Positions 9,441 through 18,120 of a DNA stretch of 32,000 bases are shown in pieces (within the stretch, counting starts at the first letter, position 1; each line of letters opens with the position of its first letter). This DNA comes from Promethearchaeota archaeon (GTDB lineage: Archaea; Asgardarchaeota; Lokiarchaeia; Sigyniarchaeales; SOKP01). Location: the NCBI GenBank assembly GCA_030606485.1, contig JAUWGH010000005.1, positions 120,001 to 152,000 of the forward strand. Reading direction: 5' to 3'. Below the pieces are notes generated by a model, which ran no database searches, was not told where the DNA came from, and worked only from the letters and a program-made list of their open reading frames with translations. Made by a program: the position numbers and the translations under genes.

Positions 9441-10790
9441 TTATTTATTTCTTTGTAATCTATTTCTAATTGAACGTTTCATAAAAAGTAAAATCTTAGG
9501 TATATAGAAAATTAGTAGTCCTATTAAAATTACAATGCCTTGGATTAGGATTGTTAACAAATCAAAAGTAAATAACAGCCCAATACAAACAATTGCACCA
9601 ATTAATGCCACAACTGGTACCCAGCCAATATTTGGTCGAAGTTTAAATGGTCTTTTATCATCGGGATTCTTCTTTCTTAGCACAATAACGCATATATTCA
9701 CGATGAGAAAATTGATTAATACTCCAAATACAGTTGCATTTGCTACGATCGAAATATCAGTAAAAAGTGTAAAGACCATTGTTAGAATCATTGTTAAAAA
9801 CACAGAGATAATGGGTGTGCGATGTTTTTCCGATACCTTACATAGAGATTTTGGTAAGGCTTTATCTCTAGCCATTCCGTACATCATACGAGAGGTAACT
9901 ATTAACATTATTAGTACCGTATTAGCGGTTGCAAAAAGTGCAATCAATGACATTATTAAACCCCCAACGGGACCTAAGGCAGCTGTTGTAACAGCACTTA
10001 AAGGATCAGGTGATGCAGCAATTTCTGAATAAGGCAAGATACTTACAACGGCTATTGCAGTTAAAAGATATAAAATTGTTGTAATAATTAAAGAATAGAT
10101 TATTGCCTTAGGTAAGTTTTTCTCCGGTTTCTTAACTTCTTCAGCAATATTAGCTATATCCTCAAAGCCAATATAGGCGAAAAAAATTAGTGCAATTGAA
10201 GAGAAAACTGCTGTAAAAGTTGCCCCAACTGGAAGCTCAATATAATTAACTGAACCAAAATAAGGTATTCCTATTATAATAATAAATATAAGACCGGCAG
10301 CTTCTATTAAAGTAAATAAAATATTTGTCCATGTTGAGCTTTTTATACCCGCAAAGTTTATCATACCAAGAATTCCAACTAAAATTATTGCAAATAGAAC
10401 GATTAGAAATGTAGAATCTATGCTGATCAGCGCAGCTAAATATTTCGCAAAGCCTAGTGCAACCGTCGCACTAGAGAAAAGGCCTGAAAAAATTATAATC
10501 CATCCTAAAATGAATGATAATCCGCGTTTGTTGAAGGCTTTCTCCGCATATACAAATTCAGCAGCACTTTTTGGATACATGGCTGAAAGTTCTGCATAAG
10601 ATAAGCCAGTTAAAGCTCCAGTAATTGAAGCTAAAACGAATGAGAGCCAAGATAAATTTCCAGTGATACCTACTACTTCACCTATTAGGGCATAAATACC
10701 AGCTCCTAAAATATTACCAACTCCATACATAGTAACAGCGAATAAAGAGACCCTTCGCTTTAATTGGGGTGTTTCGCTTTCTTTTTCCAT
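9441..10790 (-). CDS. APC superfamily amino acid permease
   Basis: TM1 'GVGNILGAGIY', 'YAELSAMYPKS', TM6 'FFAYIGFEDIANIAEEVKKPEKNLP', 'SRMMYGMARD..LP', and about 12 TM segments. Confidence 0.92.
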   Translation of the reverse strand: MEKESETPQLKRRVSLFAVTMYGVGNILGAGIYALIGEVVGITGNLSWLSFVLASITGALTGLSYAELSAMYPKSAAEFVYAEKAFNKRGLSFILGWIIIFSGLFSSATVALGFAKYLAALISIDSTFLIVLFAIILVGILGMINFAGIKSSTWTNILFTLIEAAGLIFIIIIGIPYFGSVNYIELPVGATFTAVFSSIALIFFAYIGFEDIANIAEEVKKPEKNLPKAIIYSLIITTILYLLTAIAVVSILPYSEIAASPDPLSAVTTAALGPVGGLIMSLIALFATANTVLIMLIVTSRMMYGMARDKALPKSLCKVSEKHRTPIISVFLTMILTMVFTLFTDISIVANATVFGVLINFLIVNICVIVLRKKNPDDKRPFKLRPNIGWVPVVALIGAIVCIGLLFTFDLLTILIQGIVILIGLLIFYIPKILLFMKRSIRNRLQRNK

Positions 10791-11010
10791 TATTATAATC
10801 GCTCCCTATGGGATATTGTTTTATATTTAAGAGTATAAAAATTATTAGAATGAAAAAGTTTTAAGTATAATCATTTAAAATTGCGAATTTTTTTAATTGT
10901 TTTCAAAATTGTTTATAAAATTTTAATATAGGAAATAAATTTAAATTGAATTGATTAATATTTTCTTAGATTTACTGAGAAAAAAAAGCTGAAAATTAAG
11001 ATAATATATT

Positions 11011-11820
11011 ATGAAAGAGACCGGAATAATATTTAACATCAAAAAATTCGCAATTCATGATGGTCCCGGTATTCGAACTACAATTTTTCTAAAAGGGTGT
11101 CCATTACGTTGCTGGTGGTGTCATAACCCTGAAGGTCTTAGATTGGAACCTCAAAAAATAACTATTGAAAACAAGAATGAAAAAGAAAAACTTGCATCCT
11201 GGGAAACTCAAGAGATAATCGGACGGGAAATGTCTGTAAATGAGATAATGGAAGAAATTAAAAAAGATATTATTTTTTATGAGGAATCAAATGGAGGAGT
11301 CACATTTTCTGGGGGAGAACCTTTAATGCAACTTGAATTTTTGTATTCATTATTACATGAATGCAAAAAGCAGCACATCCATACCGCCTTGGATACTTCT
11401 GGATATTCATCTTTAGAAGATCTAAAGAAAATTAATAATTTTGTTGACTTATATCTATATGATTTGAAAATCATGGAAGATCAAAACCATATTAAATATA
11501 CAGGAGTGTCCAACAAACAGATTATTAAAAATTTAAAGTATTTATCACAAAATGGTAAGCAAACATTGATTAGGATTCCTATAATTCCAGAAATTACTGA
11601 TACAGCAATAAATATTACACAACTTGGAGAATTTATCTCCTCCTTAAATAACGTTAAAAGAGTAATTTTTTTACCTTATCATCGAATCGGGAAAAATAAG
11701 TACGATAAATTGAAGATGGAATACAAAATGAAAGACATACAATCTCCAACGAATGAGAAAATGGAGGAAATAAAAAATGATTTTGAAAATTTTGGTTTTC
11801 AAGTGAAAATAGGTGGATAA
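11011..11820 (+). CDS. Glycyl-radical enzyme activating protein (radical SAM), short type without ferredoxin insert
   Basis: 'HDGPGIRTTIFLKGCPLRCWWCHNPEG' (CxxxCxxC), 'GGVTFSGGEPL', 'LDTSG', 'YDLK', 'RIPIIP', 'LPYH..G..KY'. It ends 3 nt upstream of the GRE gene. Confidence 0.95.
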   Translation: MKETGIIFNIKKFAIHDGPGIRTTIFLKGCPLRCWWCHNPEGLRLEPQKITIENKNEKEKLASWETQEIIGREMSVNEIMEEIKKDIIFYEESNGGVTFSGGEPLMQLEFLYSLLHECKKQHIHTALDTSGYSSLEDLKKINNFVDLYLYDLKIMEDQNHIKYTGVSNKQIIKNLKYLSQNGKQTLIRIPIIPEITDTAINITQLGEFISSLNNVKRVIFLPYHRIGKNKYDKLKMEYKMKDIQSPTNEKMEEIKNDFENFGFQVKIGG

Positions 11821-11823
11821 ATT

Positions 11824-14187
11824 ATGAATGAAAGAATAATAAAACTACGTGAGCAGAGTCGTAAGGCAATACCAAGTTTTTCCCCCGAGAGAGCGTTATT
11901 AATTACAGATTTTTATAAAAGTGGTGCAGCACATAAACTTTCTGCTCCAGTTGCAAGAGCTTTTGCTTTCAAATATATTTTGAAACATAAAAAAATCTGT
12001 ATTAACGATGGTGAGCTTATTGTAGGAGAAAGAGGTCCCGAACCAAAAGCTACACCAACATATCCGGAAGTATGTTGTCATAGTCTTAAAGACCTTGATA
12101 TTCTCAACTCTCGAGAAAAGATTTCTTTTATAGTAAGTGATGAGACAAAACAATTAACTAAGGATATTATTATCCCGTTTTGGAAAGGGCGTTCAATTAG
12201 AGATAAAATTTTTGAAAATGTAGATTCAGAATGGATAGAAGCATATGAAGCAGGAGTTTTTACTGAATTTATGGAACAAAGAGCACCTGGTCACACAGTG
12301 GGCGATAAAAAAATCTTTACGAAAGGATTTCTGGATTTAAAAAAGGAAATTAAAGAAAGTATTGAAAATTTAGATTTTTATAATGATCCCGATGCTTTCA
12401 ATAAAAGAGAAGAATTAAAAGCAATGGATATTTGTGCAGATGCGTTAATAATCTTTGCTAAACTTCATTCTGAAAAAGCAAAAGATTTAGCAAGAGATGA
12501 AGAAAATGTCAAGAGAAAGCATGAATTAGATAAAATAGCAGAGATTTGCGAGTATGTTCCGGCACATGCACCTAGAACTATATGGGAGGCACTGCAACAT
12601 TATTGGTTTATTCATCTTGGGGTGATCACAGAATATAACACATGGGATTCCTTTAATCCAGGCCATCTTGATCAACATTTATATCCCTTCTATAAGAAGG
12701 ATCGGGAGAATGGAACAATCACATATGAAGATGCAAAAGAATTATTAGAAGCTTTCTGGGTCAAATTTAATAACCAACCTGCTCCTCCAAAAGTGGGGGT
12801 TACAGCTGAGGAAAGTAATACTTATACGGATTTTTGCAATATAAACTTGGGTGGCTTAAAAGAAGATGGAACAAATGCTGTTAATGAACTCTCATATATG
12901 ATTCTTGATGTTATAGAGGAGATGAGAATTGTTCAACCAAGTTCCAATGTGCAAATCAGCAAAAAAACACCGAATGAATTTTTAAAGCGGGCTCTTCAAA
13001 TCGTCAAAACAGGATTCGGACAACCATCTATATTTAATATTGATGCTATTATTCAAGAATTAACTAGACAAGGGAAATCAATTATTGATGCTCGAACTGG
13101 TGGTGCCAGTGGTTGTGTTGAAGCAGGTGCTTTTGGAAAGGAGGCTTATATTCTTACGGGTTATTTCAATCTCGTAAAAATATTAGAGATTACATTGAAT
13201 AATGGTATTGATCCAATAACTGGTATAGAGATCGGGTTGAAAACTGGTGATCCAACAAAATTTCAAATTTTTAAGGAAGTCTTTGAAGCATTTTCAAAAC
13301 AAGTAAATTATTTTATTGATATTAAAATTAAAGGAAATAATATTATCGAGCAGCTATGGGCTCAAACACTGCCAGCACCTTTTATGTCCTTATTAATAAA
13401 TGATTGTATCTTAAAAGGAAAAGATTATAATAATGGTGGAGCCAGATATAATACATCCTATATTCAAGGCGTTGGTTTGGGTAGTATAACTGATTCTTTA
13501 GTTTCAATTAAATATAATGTATTTGATAAGAAACGGATAAATATGCAGCAAATGTTAGGGATTTTAAAAGATAATTTCAAGAATTCGGAAACCTTACGAC
13601 AACTATTTATAACTGATACACCGAAATATGGAAACGATGATGATTATGCAGATGAGATTACGCAACAAATTTTTGAATTATATTATAAAGCTATTGATGG
13701 ACGACCTAACACTAAAGGTGGTCATCATCGCGTGAATCTTCTTCCAACAACGGTACATATTTACTTTGGTAGCGTAATCGGGGCAACTCCTGATGGTCGA
13801 AAGGCATATACTCCATTATCCGAAGGAATCTCACCTGTTCAAGGGGCAGATACCCATGGTCCTACAGCCGTTATAAAATCCGCAGCAAAGATTGATCATC
13901 TTCGAACTGGGGGCACATTACTAAATCAAAAATTTACACCTAAATTATTAGCTGACGATATCGGTATTGAAAAACTGGCGCATTTAATCAGGGCTTATTT
14001 TAAAATGGATGGGCATCACGTTCAATTTAATGTAGTCTCAGCAGAGACTTTACGCGAAGCTCAAAAAAATCCAGAAAAATATAGAAATTTGATAGTGCGA
14101 GTTGCCGGTTATAGTGATTATTATGTTAATCTTGGTGTTGATTTACAAAATGAAATCATTGAAAGAACAGAACATTGCGCTTATTAA
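11824..14187 (+). CDS. hypD: Glycyl radical enzyme, trans-4-hydroxy-L-proline dehydratase (HypD) type
   Basis: Radical Gly 'RVAGYS' and thiyl loop 'SGCVE'. HypD-type motifs match the recalled C. difficile HypD nearly throughout: 'TYPEVCCH', 'EFMEQRAPGHTV', 'WDSF', 'KFNNQPAPPKVG', 'ESNTYTDF', 'QPSSNVQIS', 'LTGY', 'LPTT.HIYFG', 'DHLRTGGTLLNQ'. Confidence 0.9.
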   Translation: MNERIIKLREQSRKAIPSFSPERALLITDFYKSGAAHKLSAPVARAFAFKYILKHKKICINDGELIVGERGPEPKATPTYPEVCCHSLKDLDILNSREKISFIVSDETKQLTKDIIIPFWKGRSIRDKIFENVDSEWIEAYEAGVFTEFMEQRAPGHTVGDKKIFTKGFLDLKKEIKESIENLDFYNDPDAFNKREELKAMDICADALIIFAKLHSEKAKDLARDEENVKRKHELDKIAEICEYVPAHAPRTIWEALQHYWFIHLGVITEYNTWDSFNPGHLDQHLYPFYKKDRENGTITYEDAKELLEAFWVKFNNQPAPPKVGVTAEESNTYTDFCNINLGGLKEDGTNAVNELSYMILDVIEEMRIVQPSSNVQISKKTPNEFLKRALQIVKTGFGQPSIFNIDAIIQELTRQGKSIIDARTGGASGCVEAGAFGKEAYILTGYFNLVKILEITLNNGIDPITGIEIGLKTGDPTKFQIFKEVFEAFSKQVNYFIDIKIKGNNIIEQLWAQTLPAPFMSLLINDCILKGKDYNNGGARYNTSYIQGVGLGSITDSLVSIKYNVFDKKRINMQQMLGILKDNFKNSETLRQLFITDTPKYGNDDDYADEITQQIFELYYKAIDGRPNTKGGHHRVNLLPTTVHIYFGSVIGATPDGRKAYTPLSEGISPVQGADTHGPTAVIKSAAKIDHLRTGGTLLNQKFTPKLLADDIGIEKLAHLIRAYFKMDGHHVQFNVVSAETLREAQKNPEKYRNLIVRVAGYSDYYVNLGVDLQNEIIERTEHCAY

Positions 14188-14189
14188 AA

Positions 14190-14651
14190 GTGCAAAACGA
14201 GTTATTAAAAGAGGAATTTGAGAGAATAGCTTTTAATAATTTAATGAAAGGAAAGAACATCACCTACGAAGATTTTGTGATTGAAATTCCAGGTTTAACT
14301 ATTTGGGGGATACATACTAAAATGTATAGTTACTTCGGGGGGTTAAAGGAATTGATGAAAAAAATAAGAAGACCAATAGCAATCGCTTTAGTTTTAGAGA
14401 ACCTAAATGGTCAAAAAATATGTCAAATACTTGGTTATAGCAAAAAAAACACACCAACTCCAAAATTATTTTGTAAACTTTTTTGGGACTTATCATTAGG
14501 TGAATTCAGAAATTTAGGTAAAGGAATTATGATTGAATGTAAGCATTGTAAGAATAAACAAACTTATACTATAAGAGATGTCAAAAATCCACCAAAAATA
14601 CCTCAAGCAAGATGTGCAAAATGTGGTAAATCTATTTATCCAAAACTTTAG
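14190..14651 (+). CDS. Putative transcription regulator: divergent AraC-like double HTH plus C-terminal zinc ribbon
   Basis: GTG at 14190, 2 nt after the hypD stop, is preferred over the overlapping TTG at 14175. C-terminal CKHC-x21-CAKC. The preceding ~85 aa align by eye with the AraC HTH consensus. The CDS is well supported; the function is tentative. Confidence 0.55.
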   Translation: MQNELLKEEFERIAFNNLMKGKNITYEDFVIEIPGLTIWGIHTKMYSYFGGLKELMKKIRRPIAIALVLENLNGQKICQILGYSKKNTPTPKLFCKLFWDLSLGEFRNLGKGIMIECKHCKNKQTYTIRDVKNPPKIPQARCAKCGKSIYPKL

Positions 14652-14704
14652 TTATTCACTCATCATATGGTAAAATATTAAATAATAAATGGTTTTTATT
14701 ACTA

Positions 14705-15553
14705 ATGTTTGATCTCCTCAAATTCATCATACTTTCTATATTGCAAGGTCTGACAGAGTGGTTACCTATATCTAGCTCTGGACAGGTTATGATCTTTTCA
14801 ATCAATGTTTTTGGAATACCTCCAGATCAAGCATTCAGTTTGGCCATATGGCTTCATTTAGGAACAACAATTGCAGTTCTTTTGAAATTTAGGACTGATT
14901 ATATAAAAATAATTCAATCTTTTTTGCCCAATGTATTTAAAGTAGAGGAAATTGATATCAAAAAAAGAAATTGGGTGATCTTTGCAACCATTGGAACAGC
15001 TATAACGGCTTTACCGCTCTATTTCTTAATTAAGGATAGTTTTTCTGCATTTCAAGGAGATTTAATAACTTTGATCATTTCAGGATTTCTAATTATTACC
15101 GGTATTATTTTACTAAAAATGAGAAAAGATTATGCAAAGAATGCAATAAATGACATTGAAGATCAAAAAATCTTCAAGCATAGTTTCTTAGCCGGGTTAA
15201 TTCAAGGATGTTCTATTTTACCGGGTATTTCTCGTTCTGGTGTCACTGTTTCGACAATACTTGGAGAAAAATATGAGCATTCTTCTGCATTGAAATTAAG
15301 TTTTTTAATGTCAATTCCTGTAGCTATTGCTTCCATTGGAGTAGATATTATATTCGGAGAGGGATCTATCTTGGGAACTTTAGATCCGATAGTTATAGTT
15401 TTATCAACATTGATTAGTTTTGGAGTCGGATACTTATCTATTGAGTTTTTAATAAGAGTTGCTCAAAAGATACAATTTGGGTATTTTTGCATATTATATG
15501 GGATAATTTCTATTATAATAATAATCCCGATATTATTGATATCTTCATTTTAA
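14705..15553 (+). CDS. uppP: Undecaprenyl/polyprenyl-diphosphate phosphatase (BacA/UppP family)
   Basis: 'ILQGLTEWLPISSSGQ', 'WLHLG', 'PGISRSG.T' and 'SFLMSIP' motifs; multi-pass membrane protein. Confidence 0.93.
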   Translation: MFDLLKFIILSILQGLTEWLPISSSGQVMIFSINVFGIPPDQAFSLAIWLHLGTTIAVLLKFRTDYIKIIQSFLPNVFKVEEIDIKKRNWVIFATIGTAITALPLYFLIKDSFSAFQGDLITLIISGFLIITGIILLKMRKDYAKNAINDIEDQKIFKHSFLAGLIQGCSILPGISRSGVTVSTILGEKYEHSSALKLSFLMSIPVAIASIGVDIIFGEGSILGTLDPIVIVLSTLISFGVGYLSIEFLIRVAQKIQFGYFCILYGIISIIIIIPILLISSF

Positions 15554-15560
15554 TCTTAAA

Positions 15561-16931
15561 TTATTTATTCTTTAATTTTTGAGTTAATTCTTTGATTCCA
15601 TTTGATAATTCTATTCTAAAAAGATTTAATTGTTCTAATTTTTTGTATTCTTCCGGCAATTTTTCCATGGTTTTAAAATAAAACTGTTGAATCTCATCTA
15701 ATGATAGTAAATCAGAGATTAATTCCCCTTTTTTCATTATTGGGATCATAAATGGCTCAGATTTATTAGGTGGAGTTTCATTTTCTAGCATTAGTATATC
15801 TTTGGTAAATTTTCCATTTTCATCATATACTCTATAGACTTGTTTTTTTCCGGGATATGTGATTTTCCCTTCGCTAATTTTAATCTTAGGAATTCCATTA
15901 TGTTGTATCAATTTGTAAACGCTATTCACAACAGGATCATCCCGACTTGTAACCATTTCAGTACCTACACCAAAAGCATCAGCGGGCGCCCCTTTTTCAA
16001 TTAAATCTTTTATTTTATACTCATTTAAATCGCTACTTAATGTAATAATTGCATTCTTGAGACCATTTTCATCCAATATTTTTCTTACAATTTTCGAATT
16101 TTCCACAAGATCACCCGAATCAATCCTCACACCTCTTATATCCTTAGCTGTCTTACATGCATTTAGTGTACCTTTTTTAACATCATATGTATCTATGAGT
16201 AGAATTGAGTTCTTTCCGTAAATTTTATAAAAGGCTTTAAAACTCTCTAGCTCTGTAGGGAATCTTTGAACCCATGAATGAGCCATTGTTCCAGATGCTT
16301 TAATACCCAACTCCAAATCCGCCACACAGTTGCTTGTACCATTAAAACCTGCAATATAACTTGCTCGAGCAGCGTAAACCCCTGCTAATGGGCTATGAGA
16401 ACGTCTCGTCCCAAAATCTACTATTATTCGATTTCCAGCTATATTTCGTATTCTAGATGCTTTAGATGCTACTACAGTTTGATAAGTAATCACATTCAGT
16501 ATGTATGTTTCAGCTAACTGTGCTTGAAATGTAGGCCCTTCAATTCTCATGATTGGCTCATTTGGGAAAAAAAATTGTCCTTCTGGGATTGACCACACAT
16601 CGAGATCAAATTTAAAATTAGGTAAATACTCGTCGAAAAATTTAGGATTTATATTTTTAAAATCTTCTCTACTTCGGAAGTATTCAATCGTTCTTTCATT
16701 AAATCGTGCATTTTGTAAATAATGTATGATTTGTTCAAGCCCAGCAAAAATTAGATAATTTCTGTTTCGAGGAAGTTTTCTTACAAATACTTCAAAAGTT
16801 GATATGTCATTTTGATCATCTATAGAATTCTCTAAATTATATTGGAAATATCCGGCACTCATTGTCAATTCGTAAAAATCAGTCGCTAAAATAATATTAC
16901 TATCAGTTAAAAAACCACTTTTAGGGATAAT
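15561..16931 (-). CDS. pncB: Nicotinate phosphoribosyltransferase; true start uncertain, upstream of the ORF-track start at 16868
   Basis: 'FEVFVRKLP..RNY', 'AQLAET..LN', 'DFGTRR', 'GTMAHSW' (phospho-His), 'LIDTYD', 'GVRIDSGD', 'SSDLNE', 'FGVGT', 'VYKL', 'K.T.PG.KQVYR'. The conserved N-terminal 'LATDFYELTM' is in frame upstream of 16868. Position 16931 (ATT) is a provisional start. Confidence 0.9.
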   Translation of the reverse strand: MIPKSGFLTDSNIILATDFYELTMSAGYFQYNLENSIDDQNDISTFEVFVRKLPRNRNYLIFAGLEQIIHYLQNARFNERTIEYFRSREDFKNINPKFFDEYLPNFKFDLDVWSIPEGQFFFPNEPIMRIEGPTFQAQLAETYILNVITYQTVVASKASRIRNIAGNRIIVDFGTRRSHSPLAGVYAARASYIAGFNGTSNCVADLELGIKASGTMAHSWVQRFPTELESFKAFYKIYGKNSILLIDTYDVKKGTLNACKTAKDIRGVRIDSGDLVENSKIVRKILDENGLKNAIITLSSDLNEYKIKDLIEKGAPADAFGVGTEMVTSRDDPVVNSVYKLIQHNGIPKIKISEGKITYPGKKQVYRVYDENGKFTKDILMLENETPPNKSEPFMIPIMKKGELISDLLSLDEIQQFYFKTMEKLPEEYKKLEQLNLFRIELSNGIKELTQKLKNK

Positions 16932-16996
16932 ACCTAATCAAATCCTTTTTTCAATTTTCTTAAAATATCTAGAAGCTTTTAAATAAAAAAAGTTAT

Positions 16997-18031
16997 TTAT
17001 TTATAGATCTTGCCGGCTCCAGCATATGTGAGTTTTTCCCCTAATGCTAATCTCACTAAGTTGCTAATGATGTATGGTTCCAATCCTTGGGCTTTTGCTC
17101 GACTTCTAAGGGGAAGAACGCATAATGGGCATAAGAAAACCATTGCTTCAGCTCCAGCTTCCTTCGCATCCATAATATTGCTCATCCGCCATTTATTTGA
17201 TTCTTCTTTACCTAAATTTAACATTACTGCTATAACTCCTCCACAGCACTGGGCATCAATTCGATCGTATTTTCTATCTACTCTTTCAACCCCTATAAGT
17301 TCAAATAGTTCATCAAGTATTTTGTCATTTTCTTCAAAGGCATACCTTGAAGCGCAGGGTTGCTGGTAGGCAACTTTCATGTTTAATTTTTTTATCTGGT
17401 CATTATGCTCCTTAACATAATCTCGTAGATATTCTAATATATGAATCGGTTTAAATGGCAAATCTATCCCGAATTCTTTGACCTTATTGGTTAACATCGC
17501 ATAGCAGTCATCATGATAACATATTATTTCCTCAGCACCAATCTTGGCGAGATTATCTACAAAGATTTGGGCATTTTCACTAACCATACTTGGTTTTCCT
17601 GCATGCACCCAACCAAAATAACAAAAATAATCACCTCCTTTAAGAAGTGTCATTCCATCGAAGAGTTGCCCTTCAATAACTCCGGGAAGTATATCACCTA
17701 CTGAACAGAGATTCATAATTGGTTTTTCAGGATCACCTTTAATAATTTTGGATGGCAATTTTGAAGCCATTTTCATCATACCTATCCATTCATTAGTAAC
17801 TTTAAATGTTCCAGTTTCTTCTTGCCTATCATTAATTAAATCAAAAGGATTGGCACCTTCAGGACAAAACATATTACAGGCAGCACATGTAATACACTCC
17901 GCAGTTATTGGAGTGGGCTCACCATCTATCAATTTTTTAAACTCTTCCTTAGCTTTCTCCTCGGAATATGCCAAATAGGGGCATTCCATCAAACATACTC
18001 CACAAACGGTACATCTATCTTTTAAAAACAT
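16997..18031 (-). CDS. (Fe-S)-binding protein with a 4Fe-4S dicluster and CCG (HdrD/GlpC-like) domains
   Basis: N-terminal 'CTVCGVCLMECP' and 'CITCAACNMFCP'. C-terminal CCG motif C-x35-CC-x37-CPLC. The first CCG domain is degenerate ('CYFG', 'CYHDDC'). Confidence 0.88.
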   Translation of the reverse strand: MFLKDRCTVCGVCLMECPYLAYSEEKAKEEFKKLIDGEPTPITAECITCAACNMFCPEGANPFDLINDRQEETGTFKVTNEWIGMMKMASKLPSKIIKGDPEKPIMNLCSVGDILPGVIEGQLFDGMTLLKGGDYFCYFGWVHAGKPSMVSENAQIFVDNLAKIGAEEIICYHDDCYAMLTNKVKEFGIDLPFKPIHILEYLRDYVKEHNDQIKKLNMKVAYQQPCASRYAFEENDKILDELFELIGVERVDRKYDRIDAQCCGGVIAVMLNLGKEESNKWRMSNIMDAKEAGAEAMVFLCPLCVLPLRSRAKAQGLEPYIISNLVRLALGEKLTYAGAGKIYK

Positions 18032-18038
18032 TATTATT

Positions 18039-18045
18039 CCTCCTT
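18039..18045 (-). promoter_or_regulatory. Shine-Dalgarno sequence AAGGAGG
   Basis: AAGGAGG lies 7 nt upstream of the ATG at 18031 on the minus strand. Confidence 0.75.
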
Positions 18046-18120
18046 AATAATTCATTAATTGATGTTAGATTATTTAAAATTATTAATTAGATTAGGAGAG
18101 AATGCTTTATAATTTTTAAT

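Noticed and set aside
10791-11010. Operator palindromes in the permease/activase divergent promoter (TTTTATA-N8-TATAAAA; TCCC-TAT-GGGA)
   Set aside because: They are short or purely A/T and expected by chance at this base composition, so I do not call them as features.
14175-14189. TTG start overlapping the hypD 3' end
   Set aside because: GTG at 14190, 2 nt after the hypD stop, is the simpler start. The overlap cannot be excluded but adds no recognisable sequence.
16938-16940. In-frame TGA upstream of pncB as a selenocysteine or readthrough codon (Lokiarchaeia are known to use Sec)
   Set aside because: The frame upstream of the TGA has no start codon before the next stop (17003-17001), the position is not a Cys-equivalent site, and I saw no SECIS-like stem.
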